Assembly (NCBI GenBank): GCA_045533185.1
Contig: JAZSHK010000073.1
Coordinates: 1,287-65,286, forward strand
Source of the DNA: Acutalibacteraceae bacterium
GTDB lineage: Bacteria; Bacillota; Clostridia; Oscillospirales; Acutalibacteraceae
Direction of reading: 5' to 3'
Length of the DNA: 64,000 bases
Program-made: the position numbers and the translations under genes
Part shown: piece after piece, positions 34,081-44,291 of the stretch
Numbering within the stretch: position 1 is the first letter of the stretch
Layout of the letters: each line of letters opens with the position of its first letter
The notes under the pieces: model-generated
Databases searched by the model: none
The model's input: the letters and a program-made list of their open reading frames with translations, nothing else
What the model was told of the DNA's origin: nothing

Positions 34081-35358
34081 ATGGATATGACATTCTTTTC
34101 TGTGGACAAGCGTTTAGCGGAAATATCGGATAAAGCAGAGGAGCGCGCTCGGGAGGCGTTTGCCCGAATTAACGCGATCGCAGAATACAACCAACAAAAG
34201 GTGTTATCGGCATTCATTCGTCATAATGTCAGCGAAAGTCACTTTGTGCCGACTACGGGGTACGGTTACGGCGACCGCGGACGGGATGCACTCGATGAGA
34301 TCCTCGCCGATATTATGGGGGCGGAAGACGCGCTGATTCGCCATAGCATCGTCTCCGGCACACACGCGATTACGATCGCGTTGTTCGCTATGTTGCGTCC
34401 GGGCGATACACTGCTGGCGGCAACCGGCGCACCATACGATACATTGGAACAAGTGATTGGACACAAATCACCCTCTGCAGGCTCTTTGACAGAGTATGGA
34501 GTTGGTTATCAGCAGGTTGAATTGGACGAGAACGAATGTCCCGATCTGCCGGCAATTCAGGCTGCACTGCGTGCTGATGACACCATCCGTATTGTTCACA
34601 TTCAGCGTTCTCGCGGCTATTGCACGCGCCCGAGTCTGACGATTGAATGGATTAAACGAATCGTGGATGCTGTAAGGGAAATTCGCCAGGATGTCGTTAT
34701 CTTTGTGGATAACTGCTATGGTGAGTTTGCTGAAAAGCTCGAACCGTGTCAGGTCGGTGCCGATCTGATTGCCGGATCGCTGATCAAAAACCTCGGCGGC
34801 GGTATTGCAGAGAACGGTGGCTATCTCTGCGGCACCAAAGCTTGCATCGAGCAATGCGCTTACCGTATGACGACCCCGGGCCTTGGCCGCGAGGTCGGAG
34901 CCTCGCTCGGACATAACCGCTCGCTGTATATGGGACTGTTCCAAGCGCCACACGTGGTAGGGGAGGCGCTCAAAACGGCCGTTTACGCCGCTTCGCTGTT
35001 CGATTTGCTTGGCTACCGCGTTTCGCCGACTGCCGATGAGATACGCGGCGATATTATCCAAACGGTGTTCTTGAACAATTCTGAAAATCTAATTGCATTC
35101 TGCCAAGGAATGCAAAAGGGCGCACCCGTTGATTCGTTCGTTGTACCCGAACCGTGGGATATGCCGGGATATACCAGTCAAGTCATTATGGCGGCCGGCG
35201 CATTCACGATGGGCGCATCGATCGAGCTTTCCGCGGATGCACCGTTGCGTGAGCCGTACGCCGCCTATATGCAGGGTGGTCTCAATTACGCCAGCGGTAA
35301 GATCGGCGTGTTACTGGCCGCCCAGTCAATGCTTGACCGAGGATATATATTTAATTAA
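34081..35358 (+). CDS. Methionine gamma-lyase family protein (YnbB / aluminium-resistance-like PLP enzyme)
   Basis: AGGAGG precedes ATG 34081. The pattern EYNQQKVLSAF...SESHF.PTTGYGYGD.GRD.L is typical of this family. Confidence 0.8.
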   Translation: MDMTFFSVDKRLAEISDKAEERAREAFARINAIAEYNQQKVLSAFIRHNVSESHFVPTTGYGYGDRGRDALDEILADIMGAEDALIRHSIVSGTHAITIALFAMLRPGDTLLAATGAPYDTLEQVIGHKSPSAGSLTEYGVGYQQVELDENECPDLPAIQAALRADDTIRIVHIQRSRGYCTRPSLTIEWIKRIVDAVREIRQDVVIFVDNCYGEFAEKLEPCQVGADLIAGSLIKNLGGGIAENGGYLCGTKACIEQCAYRMTTPGLGREVGASLGHNRSLYMGLFQAPHVVGEALKTAVYAASLFDLLGYRVSPTADEIRGDIIQTVFLNNSENLIAFCQGMQKGAPVDSFVVPEPWDMPGYTSQVIMAAGAFTMGASIELSADAPLREPYAAYMQGGLNYASGKIGVLLAAQSMLDRGYIFN

Positions 35359-35451
35359 TGTACATTAAAGCAGGGGATGCACCGCAATGCTCCTTGTCCA
35401 AAAATCAGCAAAACTATACTAAATTAATATTTAATATAGTTCAGGGGAGGC

Positions 35452-36477
35452 TTGGGCGGAAAAATTATCAGAAAGGCGTTGATTTGGTTGAATAAGGCGT
35501 ATTTAGCGGAGTGTCCTCCTGTTCTGCGGGATTACCTTGGTTATATGGAAACGATCAAAGGTCGTTCCGAAAATACGGTGAACGGTTACTTTGTTGACCT
35601 CCGCACGTTCTTTCGTTTTCTGTTGATTCAACGCTCTGTAGTTGCGGAATCTCCTGACTCACAGCCGGACATTCGATTGGTTGATCTAGAGCTGCTTCGT
35701 TCTGTAACTTTGAATGATCTCTTTGAGTTTATGAATTACACGAAAAGCGATCGCGGCAACACCAATGTCACACGTGCGCGAAAAGTCTCATCGCTTCGCC
35801 GATTTTTCTATTATCTCTCGGAGATTACCCATCAGATTGACGATAATCCGGCAAAAAACTTGAGTCTGCCTAAGCTTCCTTCGCGGATGCCGCAGTATTT
35901 AACATTAGATCAATCATTAGAATTGCTGTCATTGGCAAATACTGGCAAATACGCCGAGAGAGACTATTGTATACTGACATTACTGCTGAATTGCGGGTTG
36001 CGCCGCGCTGAATTAGCCGGATTAAATCTGTCGGATGTACGCAGCGATAACAGCCTGCGCGTGATCGGTAAAGGTAATAAAGAGCGCACAGTCTACTTGA
36101 ATGAAGCGTGCCAGAAGGCGTTGGCTGCATACCTGCCCAAACGCCCCATCGAAGGTACTAAGGACAAGAAAGCGTTATTCTACGGGCATACTAAGGACCG
36201 CATCAGCTTGCAAGGTGTGCATTATATAGTAAAGGGTTACTTAAAGCAGGTCAGCGGTGCGGAAGACTATTCCGCACACAAGCTCCGCCACACGGCGGCG
36301 ACACTGATGTATCAGCAGGGCGGCGTCGATGTACTGGTGCTCAAGGAAATTCTCGGACATAAGAATCTCGGTACAACCGAGATTTATACGCACACCTCAA
36401 CGGAACAGCTGAAAAAAGCTGCCGCAGCATCACCGCTTGCCAAGGTTGAAAACAAGCCCAAGAAAGACGATGAATAG
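35452..36477 (+). CDS. Tyrosine site-specific recombinase, XerC/XerD family
   Basis: The N-terminal SAM-like domain reads RSENTVNGYFVDLRTFFRF. The catalytic region has RRAEL..L, HKLRHTAAT and LGHKNLGTTEIYTH. Confidence 0.85.
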   Translation: MGGKIIRKALIWLNKAYLAECPPVLRDYLGYMETIKGRSENTVNGYFVDLRTFFRFLLIQRSVVAESPDSQPDIRLVDLELLRSVTLNDLFEFMNYTKSDRGNTNVTRARKVSSLRRFFYYLSEITHQIDDNPAKNLSLPKLPSRMPQYLTLDQSLELLSLANTGKYAERDYCILTLLLNCGLRRAELAGLNLSDVRSDNSLRVIGKGNKERTVYLNEACQKALAAYLPKRPIEGTKDKKALFYGHTKDRISLQGVHYIVKGYLKQVSGAEDYSAHKLRHTAATLMYQQGGVDVLVLKEILGHKNLGTTEIYTHTSTEQLKKAAAASPLAKVENKPKKDDE

Positions 36478-36483
36478 TGGCAA

Positions 36484-36516
36484 AAAAAGAGCCTGACCGC
36501 ACGGTCAGGCTCTTTC
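36484..36516. terminator. Bidirectional terminator between convergent genes
   Basis: AAGAGCCTGACCG / CGGTCAGGCTCTT stem flanked by an A-run and a T-rich sequence. Confidence 0.75.
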
Positions 36517-38116
36517 ACTTTATCTCATTTATGATTTCATCAGCCAATTCCCGAAAAACCTCAGTGGCCTTAGCGTTCGTGCCGGTGGAATCTTCCGCCA
36601 GCACGCAGATAATGTACTGCGGCGATTCGGCGGGAAAATATCCGACGAACCAGCTCTGTACTACGGGATTTCCGTCAATAATTTGGCCGGTCTCCGCAGT
36701 CCCCGTCTTGCCGGCAGCCGAGCACAATTTCGGCGCGGCGGATTGCCCCGTTCCGTTGCGTACAGTCATAGTCATCATTTCCTGCAGAGAGGCGGCCGTT
36801 TTTGCTGAAATGACCTCTACCCCTCTCCCCTTTTTCGCATTTGAAAAATTTTTCTCAGCGTCCAGAAGCCCCTTTACAAGAGATGTGCTCGGCAAAACGC
36901 CGTCGTTGACGATCGTGTTGACGATCTGTGCGAAATGCAGCGGAGATGCCATTAAATAGCCTTGCCCAAACGACAAATTCGCCAGTGCGGCACGAGATGC
37001 TCTGAGAGTGGATAAATCGGGTAATAATGCCGCCGGCGCTTCCATAGGATCCGCCAGTAAAATACCCTTATTCAAGCCAAACTTTTCTGCTGTCTCCAAC
37101 AAAGCGTCTGCGCCGATCTGCTGCGCAAGCTGAATATAATATAAGTTGCAGGATTGCGCGAAAGCTTCGTGCATGTCCAGTGAGCCGTGACCGAGACGGT
37201 TATGGCAATGAAACCGTGTACCTTCGATCTCAAGATATCCTGTACAGGCAAACGATTTCTGAGCGGAAATCCCGCTTTCCAGTGCGGCGGCGGTCGTGAT
37301 GATCTTAAATACCGAGCCGCAATCATACAGCGATAAAGCACGGTTGAGCAAGGCTCCGTTGTCCTCGTCAATGCTTTGCGCAACCGTTTGCGGCTGAAAG
37401 CTCGGAAAGCTCGCCAATGCAAGGATTTCGCCGCTATTCGGTTGCATAACGACTACCGCACCTTTGGTCAGGTATTCCGAGCTGACATCTTCTGTGATCG
37501 TCTGCACTTCTTTATCTAAAGTTAAAACGACCCCGCCGACCGAGTTCGCGGTCGTATCAAGACATTCGGGCGAAACGCCGTAGAGCAAGCTCCCTCTGCC
37601 GTCTACGCTGAACGAAGCAGTCGCAGCTCCTTTGTATTGCTCCAACACTTCGTTAAAGGCCGTCTCGATTCCGGTCAAGCCCCGCGTCGCACCAGCATCC
37701 AGATACCCGATAATATGTGGTGCCAACAAGCGCTCCGAATACCGCGTGGGCACCCAGAACAGGCGCAGCCCATCGGTAAAACCGATGGGCTTTGTCAGCC
37801 GAACCGACGCCGGCACTCCTTGCGCGAGTTGGTCGCGCAAGGCAGCAAAGTCCTTTGCCGTCGTCGCGTTGCTCACGTGCGCCAATAACCGTTCGGACGG
37901 AATCATTGCCGCGTGATATTCGTGCGTTTCATTAACCAATGGGCGCAAATTGGTGTCGTAGATCGTTCCGCGCGTTGAAGCGACGGATACTGTCCATCGG
38001 TTTTGCGAAGATGCTACCTGGGCAGGCCGAACGTGCGCAATATACCACAACCGTGTGGCTATACCGACCAGAAGAATCGTTACCAGTGAAAACACGATCC
38101 ATATCTTCCTACGCAC
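36515..38116 (-). CDS. Penicillin-binding protein 2 / SpoVD-FtsI-type transpeptidase
   Basis: There is an N-terminal TM. SVFK (SxxK), an SxN region and KTGTAE motifs are present. Confidence 0.85.
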   Translation of the reverse strand: MRRKIWIVFSLVTILLVGIATRLWYIAHVRPAQVASSQNRWTVSVASTRGTIYDTNLRPLVNETHEYHAAMIPSERLLAHVSNATTAKDFAALRDQLAQGVPASVRLTKPIGFTDGLRLFWVPTRYSERLLAPHIIGYLDAGATRGLTGIETAFNEVLEQYKGAATASFSVDGRGSLLYGVSPECLDTTANSVGGVVLTLDKEVQTITEDVSSEYLTKGAVVVMQPNSGEILALASFPSFQPQTVAQSIDEDNGALLNRALSLYDCGSVFKIITTAAALESGISAQKSFACTGYLEIEGTRFHCHNRLGHGSLDMHEAFAQSCNLYYIQLAQQIGADALLETAEKFGLNKGILLADPMEAPAALLPDLSTLRASRAALANLSFGQGYLMASPLHFAQIVNTIVNDGVLPSTSLVKGLLDAEKNFSNAKKGRGVEVISAKTAASLQEMMTMTVRNGTGQSAAPKLCSAAGKTGTAETGQIIDGNPVVQSWFVGYFPAESPQYIICVLAEDSTGTNAKATEVFRELADEIINEIK

Positions 38117-38176
38117 ACCATCCCATCCTTTCGAGGATAGAATGTTCCCGTTGAGGAAAAATATACAAGCCTGACG

Positions 38177-39400
38177 TTATTTTTTGAAACGGAGTAATGT
38201 TCCCTTTTTCATTGGACGTTCACAGGGCACCCAGACGGCCATCGTCGGATGCGGTGCCGATGAGATCGGTAATCGCTCGTCGTTTTCCATATGTTCTACT
38301 GTAAAGGCGAACGGCTTTTCACCCGGCGAGAGCACATCCAGTGTATCTCCCGTGAAGAAACGATTGCGTTGACCGAGTTTAAGCCAGCCGTCTTGCCAAT
38401 CCTCCACAACTGCCGCGATCTCGTAGGAGCGAATATAGCCGCCGGCCTTGAGATACTGTGAGGGCCTTCCGTAATAAAAGCCTGTCCCATAGGGACGGTG
38501 GCTGATTTTATTCAGCTCCTCGATGATCCACTCTTCCGGCTTGTAGCTTGACGCGAAACCCGACTCCACATACCCATCCACCGCTCGGCGGTAAGCGTTT
38601 GCAGTAACTGCGGTGTAATAGGCCGATTTTGCGCGTCCTTCAATTTTCAACGAGGCCACGCCGGACTGCGCGAGATCGGCGATATGCTCGATCATATTCA
38701 TATCATTTGCATTAAACAGGTATGAGCCGTCCGCATCCTCGAGCAAGGTCATCGGTTGATCGGGGCGGGTCTCTTCGATTACGCTGTACTTCCAGCGGCA
38801 GGGCTGCGCGCATTCCCCGTGATTGGCGTCGCGCCCCGTCAGATAGTTGGAAATCACGCAACGACCGGAAAAGGACATACAGATTGCCCCATGCACAAAG
38901 GCTTCCAGTTCTAATTCTTTTGGCGTATTAGCGCGAATTTCACGAATCTCTTCCATAGACAGCTCGCGTGCCAACACAACTCGGCTGGCTCCCAGATTAT
39001 GCAGAAATGTCGCAGCCGCGTGATTGACAACACCGAATTGCGTAGAGATATGCAGAGCGCAATGGGGGGCGTAGCGCTTAGCGAGGTCCATGACGCCAAA
39101 ATCGCTGATGATCAGTGCGTCGACACCGATCGAGTCAAGAAAGGCAAAATACCCCGGCAGCTCCGCGAGGTCCTTGTTCCGCGGAAGAATATTGCAGGTC
39201 ACATACAGTTTTTTACCGAGCTCGTGCGCCTTCTTTACGGCCAAGGCCAACTCCTCACGGGAAAAGTTCGCGCTGGCCGCGCGCATACCGAATTTTTCGC
39301 CCGCAAGATAGACGGCGTCCGCACCAAAAGTGAGTGCGGCATCCAGCCGTTCCATATCACCTGCCGGTGACAGCACTTCAGGAATCAAGTGTTTGTTCAT
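38177..39400 (-). CDS. Peptidase U32 family protein
   Basis: PEVLSPAGD...GADAVYLAGEKFGMRA and the E..VHGA.C.S.SGRC pattern are typical of U32/YhbU-like proteins. Confidence 0.85.
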   Translation of the reverse strand: MNKHLIPEVLSPAGDMERLDAALTFGADAVYLAGEKFGMRAASANFSREELALAVKKAHELGKKLYVTCNILPRNKDLAELPGYFAFLDSIGVDALIISDFGVMDLAKRYAPHCALHISTQFGVVNHAAATFLHNLGASRVVLARELSMEEIREIRANTPKELELEAFVHGAICMSFSGRCVISNYLTGRDANHGECAQPCRWKYSVIEETRPDQPMTLLEDADGSYLFNANDMNMIEHIADLAQSGVASLKIEGRAKSAYYTAVTANAYRRAVDGYVESGFASSYKPEEWIIEELNKISHRPYGTGFYYGRPSQYLKAGGYIRSYEIAAVVEDWQDGWLKLGQRNRFFTGDTLDVLSPGEKPFAFTVEHMENDERLPISSAPHPTMAVWVPCERPMKKGTLLRFKK

Positions 39401-39454
39401 TCAAAAACCTCCAACTAACATAGAAAAAGCCGGAGATGAACTCCGGTCTTTTTC

Positions 39455-40834
39455 TTATCCGTACATACCGATCTTATATTTTCTGCAGATTGCCACGTGC
39501 TGAGAATAGGTCTTAGAGAAATACGTAATACCCGTATCGTAGTCGGTGGCAAAATAATAGCAATTGGCGTATTCTGCATCGTCAGACGGATTCAGGGCGG
39601 CCTCGATCGCCATTAATCCGGGATTGTTGATCGCGCCGACGGGCAGTCCGTCGCGGACGTAGGTGTCGTACGGACTCGTCGTGACCTGAACGCCCGAAAT
39701 GCTCGGTAGAATCCCATTGATGTAGTCGCGGGTCGAATCGCACTGCAGCTTAGGGAAGCCCGAGTTCGGCTGCATACGGTTGGTCAGAACGCGGGAAACG
39801 CCGAGCATATCGTTCGGCAGTCCCGCTTCGCCCTGAATGACCGAGGCGAAGATAATCGCTTCATCGATCGTCCAGCCCTTTTCAGAGATCTGTTGACGGA
39901 TCTCGGAGGTCAGCTTTGCGTTGAAATTGCTCAGCATTCGATCAACGACCATCTCTCCCGTACTGCCGACATAGAAATTGTATGTATCGGGAAACAGATA
40001 ACCCTCCAGTCGATAGATGCGCCCTGCGTGCTCTTCCCCATCGGCGGCCGTCGGGATCGCCTTGACGAAGTCGTAATCAAATTCGCCGTTGATAACAGCA
40101 TTGTAAAAGTCAGCCTCTTCACAGACCTCTTTTTCCGCCAACAGACGGGCGATCTCCTCGACCGTGAAGCCCTCGGGAATCGTGACGTTAACATTGGCGC
40201 GCGGCGTCGATGTCTGCAATTCCTGCACAATGCCCGAATATCCCATATCCGATGACAGCATAAAGGTGCCGACCTGCCACATACCGTCTGCCTTGGTCAG
40301 CTTTGCGTACACACGGAAGAACAGCGCGTTGTCGATCAGCCCTTTTTCCTCAAGAATTTCGGCTATTTTCTGTGTATATGCGCCTTGCGGGATTTCAACA
40401 TCCACTGTTACTTCACTGCCGCCCAATCCGCTGGCGTCAAAGAAATACAGAATGCCGACGGAGGCGATCAGTACGGAGAACAGCGCGACAAACAAGGCGT
40501 ACAGTGCACGTCCCAACCGCTTATCGTTCTTTTTAGGCTTGGCTGTCACCGGTTTAGAAGGGACAACCTGTTCAGTGACGGCATCTTCCTGCTGATGGTA
40601 ATCCTCCTGCACCGTGTCAGCTTCTTCTGCAGCAGCATCGACATCCGCCACAAGATCATCCACATCCAAATCCAGCGAAAAGCCCTTGATCTGCTCCTCG
40701 CGCTTTTTGCGTGCGTCCTCGAGAAGTTCATCGGTCGGATCGGCGGAAGCTACCGCGTTTTGAATGCTGTCAACACTCTTACGAGATTCAATGTCTCGCA
40801 GAATTTCGTCGACTTGGTTATTCTCCTTCTCCAT
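39455..40834 (-). CDS. mltG: Endolytic murein transglycosylase MltG (YceG-like) with long acidic N-terminal extension
   Basis: A TM helix is followed by YceG-domain motifs (FASVIQGEA, YNFY, SPYDTY, GLP.GAINNPG). Confidence 0.85.
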   Translation of the reverse strand: MEKENNQVDEILRDIESRKSVDSIQNAVASADPTDELLEDARKKREEQIKGFSLDLDVDDLVADVDAAAEEADTVQEDYHQQEDAVTEQVVPSKPVTAKPKKNDKRLGRALYALFVALFSVLIASVGILYFFDASGLGGSEVTVDVEIPQGAYTQKIAEILEEKGLIDNALFFRVYAKLTKADGMWQVGTFMLSSDMGYSGIVQELQTSTPRANVNVTIPEGFTVEEIARLLAEKEVCEEADFYNAVINGEFDYDFVKAIPTAADGEEHAGRIYRLEGYLFPDTYNFYVGSTGEMVVDRMLSNFNAKLTSEIRQQISEKGWTIDEAIIFASVIQGEAGLPNDMLGVSRVLTNRMQPNSGFPKLQCDSTRDYINGILPSISGVQVTTSPYDTYVRDGLPVGAINNPGLMAIEAALNPSDDAEYANCYYFATDYDTGITYFSKTYSQHVAICRKYKIGMYG

Positions 40835-41442
40835 TACCCCTTCCCCTTTCCTGCACGATTCGCCGTACGGCGCAGATAATTCTCCGTCACCAACAGCTCC
40901 ACAGGGCGGTCGTAACGCCCGTGCGGCAGGCTGCGCTGCACACAGCTACTGTAACAGATACCGATAATATTCCCCTCGAAGCGGGACAAAAAGCGGTCGT
41001 AATAGCCTTTCCCGTAGCCCAAGCGAAACCCTGACCAATCGTAGCTGAACGCAGGGACAATACACAATCCACGCGTAAAGTCGGTCATCAGTTCCGTTTT
41101 TGCGGGAACAGGCTCTAACACCCCGAATGAGCCGGACTCCAGGTCGTCCAACGACCGAATATAGTAAAACTCCATATTCCGTGTGCCGTCCACGCAACGC
41201 GGAACGGCGACCTTTTTTCCGTCTTTTAATGCCTGCACGATGATCCTATGCGTATCCACCTCGATCGGAGTTGACACATACACCAGCAGTGTATCGTTCT
41301 TTTCATATTGCCACAGACGGCGAACCTGCGCGGCGATCGCCGTGTCGTAGCTGTTTTTTTCGTCCTCAGTCATAGCGGTGCGGATATTGCGGTATTTCTC
41401 CCGCAGAGCCGCCTTGACCGGACGAATGTCGGTCAGCGGCAT
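40834..41442 (-). CDS. 5-formyltetrahydrofolate cyclo-ligase
   Basis: I chose the internal ATG 41442 (MPLTDIRPVKAALREKYR); the track ORF starts at 41559, inside the upstream gene. The motif GYGKGYYDRFL is present. Confidence 0.8.
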   Translation of the reverse strand: MPLTDIRPVKAALREKYRNIRTAMTEDEKNSYDTAIAAQVRRLWQYEKNDTLLVYVSTPIEVDTHRIIVQALKDGKKVAVPRCVDGTRNMEFYYIRSLDDLESGSFGVLEPVPAKTELMTDFTRGLCIVPAFSYDWSGFRLGYGKGYYDRFLSRFEGNIIGICYSSCVQRSLPHGRYDRPVELLVTENYLRRTANRAGKGKG

Positions 41443-41972
41443 TGTATAGCACCTCGTATTTCTGCAGATTTTTCGTCGGATACCAGACGTTTCACGAGCT
41501 CGAATGCAAAATCCAGTGCCACGCCTGCGCCCTTGGCGGTGAGAATGTTCCCATCCCACACCAACGGCTCGTCCGACAATTCGGCACCGAGCAGTTCATC
41601 CTCAAAGCCGGGGAAGCACGTTGCATTCCGTCCTGAGAGATAGCCGCCGTGTCCTAAGATCGACGGAGCGGCACAGATCGCCGCGACGGTCAAATCGTTT
41701 TCCGTCGCATACGCGATCGCGCGCTGAACATCATCGGACTTTTCCAGATTCAGCGTACCGGGCATACCGCCCGGCAGGATCACCGCGGTCAAGTCATTGA
41801 AATCAATATCCGCCGCGGATATATCTGCCTTGACAACGATGTCATGCGCGCCGCGAATATACTCGCCGCCGATTCCGACGGTAGTAACGGGGACCTGCGC
41901 ACGGCGCAGCATATCCAACGGAGTCAGCGCTTCCACTTCTTCGAAACCGTCCGCTAAAAACAGATAAACCAT
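41433..41972 (-). CDS. DJ-1/PfpI family protein
   Basis: The nucleophile-elbow motif AAICAAPSILG is present in a 179-aa protein. Confidence 0.85.
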   Translation of the reverse strand: MVYLFLADGFEEVEALTPLDMLRRAQVPVTTVGIGGEYIRGAHDIVVKADISAADIDFNDLTAVILPGGMPGTLNLEKSDDVQRAIAYATENDLTVAAICAAPSILGHGGYLSGRNATCFPGFEDELLGAELSDEPLVWDGNILTAKGAGVALDFAFELVKRLVSDEKSAEIRGAIQCR

Positions 41973-41990
41973 ACGAGATCCCTCCTTTTC

Positions 41991-42749
41991 TTAATCACCG
42001 ACCAGACCGGTGACGCCATCATATTCCGTCATTAACGCGGTCAGCGGCGTATCGCCGATCGGCAGCCATAAGCAATAATCCTCGATTTTGTGCGAATAAT
42101 CGCTCTTTATCGACTCAATAACCGCGCCATTGATTGCCAGTTCGATACAGCCATCATTCGCGCTCATCCGCGCGCCGCGGCTGACCGCATCGGCAACAAA
42201 AAATCGCGTTATGTCCTCGGCGGTGTTCCAAAAGACCGCTTCTTGCGAAATACGGTCGATGAGTTCGTTGCGCTTTTGCATATAATCATCCACAGCTTGA
42301 CACACAGGCATTGTTTCGTCCGATTGTAAACGTTCGCCGCCGAAAATTCCTACCCGATAGCCAAGCCGTTGATAGGTTGCCGTCAACATATCGTCAGCGG
42401 GATGCAGATAAATGGCGTGCTCCCCCATCGCTGACGCCTTTTGCGCGGCTGCTGCCATCAATTCGCGATAATAGCCATGCCCGCGATGCCGCGGATGCGT
42501 GCAGCCGGCATACAAATAGCGCACGGGGAATGATTCTCCGCGAAAACGCGCCTCGGCGGGCAATAAGAACAGCATCGTGACAAGCTCGCCGTCGCACTCC
42601 CCCGCCAGCGTCACTGAGTTTTTCGGCAAATGGGCAATGAAACTCGCAATATAATCCAATGAATCGCCCGAAAAGGCTGATTGCCAGAGAGGTGTTAACC
42701 GCTCGGCGTGTTTTTCCTCAATAACGCGAATGATCAGATCAGCCATCAT
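41991..42749 (-). CDS. GNAT-family N-acetyltransferase (probable)
   Basis: THPRHRGHGYYRELM resembles the acetyl-CoA binding loop. Confidence 0.6.
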   Translation of the reverse strand: MMADLIIRVIEEKHAERLTPLWQSAFSGDSLDYIASFIAHLPKNSVTLAGECDGELVTMLFLLPAEARFRGESFPVRYLYAGCTHPRHRGHGYYRELMAAAAQKASAMGEHAIYLHPADDMLTATYQRLGYRVGIFGGERLQSDETMPVCQAVDDYMQKRNELIDRISQEAVFWNTAEDITRFFVADAVSRGARMSANDGCIELAINGAVIESIKSDYSHKIEDYCLWLPIGDTPLTALMTEYDGVTGLVGD

Positions 42750-43410
42750 TCAACATATCCTCAAAGGCCGCAACCAACGCTTGATGGATGGACTCAATCG
42801 GCAACGGCTCGTTTCCGTTACTGCACGGCAGTACCTTCCACCCCTTCTTTTCGGCGGCGTACAGGGCCGCCTCGCGGCAACGATAGAGATAAGACAGGTC
42901 GCGTTCGTGAATATCTTTCTTGGCGTTGTCGCCGTCATATCGCTGTTCCATCAGCCTCTGGGAAACCTCGATCGGCATATCCAAGAACACGACGGCATCG
43001 GGCTTCGGCAGGCCGAGCTTGTTGTATTCGTAGTCCTCGAGCCAGTCAAGAAACGCATCCCATTCTTCCTGCGGGAGTTTGGTCATCTGGTGGATTGCAT
43101 TCGAGGTTACATAGCGAGCGGCTACAATCGGCGTGCCGTTCTCATATTCCTCGCGCCAGAAGCGGGTGTAGCTGGCATAGCGGTCGACCGCATAAAAGGA
43201 CGATGCGGCGTAGGCGTTCACTGCGGCTGCAGAGCCGCCGAGCTCACCGCCGAGATACATCTTGACGAGCGCTGACGAAGGTTGATCGTAATCGGGAAAA
43301 CTGATTTGCTTATAGGCTGTGCCGCAGCGGTGCAGATATTCGTCCAGAAGGTTTAGCTGGGTGGACTTTCCGCAGCCGTCCAAGCCGTCGATCACCATTA
43401 GTTTTCCCAT
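42739..43410 (-). CDS. tmk: Thymidylate kinase family protein
   Basis: IDGLDGCGKSTQ P-loop is present. It lies adjacent to thyX. Confidence 0.8.
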   Translation of the reverse strand: MGKLMVIDGLDGCGKSTQLNLLDEYLHRCGTAYKQISFPDYDQPSSALVKMYLGGELGGSAAAVNAYAASSFYAVDRYASYTRFWREEYENGTPIVAARYVTSNAIHQMTKLPQEEWDAFLDWLEDYEYNKLGLPKPDAVVFLDMPIEVSQRLMEQRYDGDNAKKDIHERDLSYLYRCREAALYAAEKKGWKVLPCSNGNEPLPIESIHQALVAAFEDMLNDG

Positions 43411-43413
43411 AGC

Positions 43414-44187
43414 TTACTCCTTATTCGGGCGCAGAGAAGCGTAATGCTCGCGCACCTCTTTGGCTTTACCGCAGGTCATTTTCCCCTCTGGGCAAGCGCC
43501 GTTCACACACTTCGGTCCCGCTTTTCGGAAAAGGTGCGGTGCTGCTTCAACACACAGCTTGTACATCTCCTCGGCTAGCTCGCGGATCTCCCATTGCGCG
43601 CGGTTGCAGCAGCGATGATGGAAGAAATTCATCAGAGAGCGTGCATTCATCGTCATAATCAGTTTGGTCGCGCAGGCGTTCGGCAGAACAAAGCGCGCAT
43701 CCTCGATCGCCTTTTTCTCTGCCGCGCGGTTGGCCTCTTTTTCGTCCATACCGTTGGCCAGCATCTCTTTGAGGTGCTTCTCCTTTAGAATGGCGGTCAA
43801 GCGGTCGTAGTGCGCCTGATCCTCTTCCATCGCCTTACGGTATTCCTCAGCTGCTTCGGGGATTGCCTCGATCTCGGGCGGCAGAACGTAATCAAACATC
43901 TTCTCACGCACATACCGCTGGCTCTGCACGCTGTACGACGCCATACGGTGGCGGGTCAGCTGCGCAAGCAGCGAACGCGAAACGCCCTCCACGCCGAAGG
44001 TGAAGGAGGCGTGCTCGATCGGGCTCTCGTGGCCGATCTCGGACAGCATATCCACAAATGCGGCGGACTTCTCCTCCGTCAGACCGTCCATCAGCGTGTC
44101 GATGGTTGCGGAGGAATAGCATAATTTCGCCGAAGAAGCAACCACCTTCTCCGGAATCGGTGTATGGGTGATCAATGTAACTTTCAT
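43414..44187 (-). CDS. thyX: FAD-dependent thymidylate synthase
   Basis: The ThyX motif RHRMASYSVQSQRY (RHR..S....S.R) is present. Confidence 0.9.
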   Translation of the reverse strand: MKVTLITHTPIPEKVVASSAKLCYSSATIDTLMDGLTEEKSAAFVDMLSEIGHESPIEHASFTFGVEGVSRSLLAQLTRHRMASYSVQSQRYVREKMFDYVLPPEIEAIPEAAEEYRKAMEEDQAHYDRLTAILKEKHLKEMLANGMDEKEANRAAEKKAIEDARFVLPNACATKLIMTMNARSLMNFFHHRCCNRAQWEIRELAEEMYKLCVEAAPHLFRKAGPKCVNGACPEGKMTCGKAKEVREHYASLRPNKE

Positions 44188-44291
44188 CGTAACACTCCCT
44201 TTTCCCTCGAATTATACCAAATTCACATCCGCATTTCAACCCTTTACCGATTCCTATTTACAACTTTTTTGATTATTCGCGCGAAAATTGC

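Noticed and set aside
40834-41559. The long form (241 aa) of the 5-formyltetrahydrofolate cyclo-ligase ORF.
   Set aside because: The first 39 codons overlap the DJ-1 gene and encode Arg-rich nonsense. The family-typical N-terminus starts at the internal ATG 41442.
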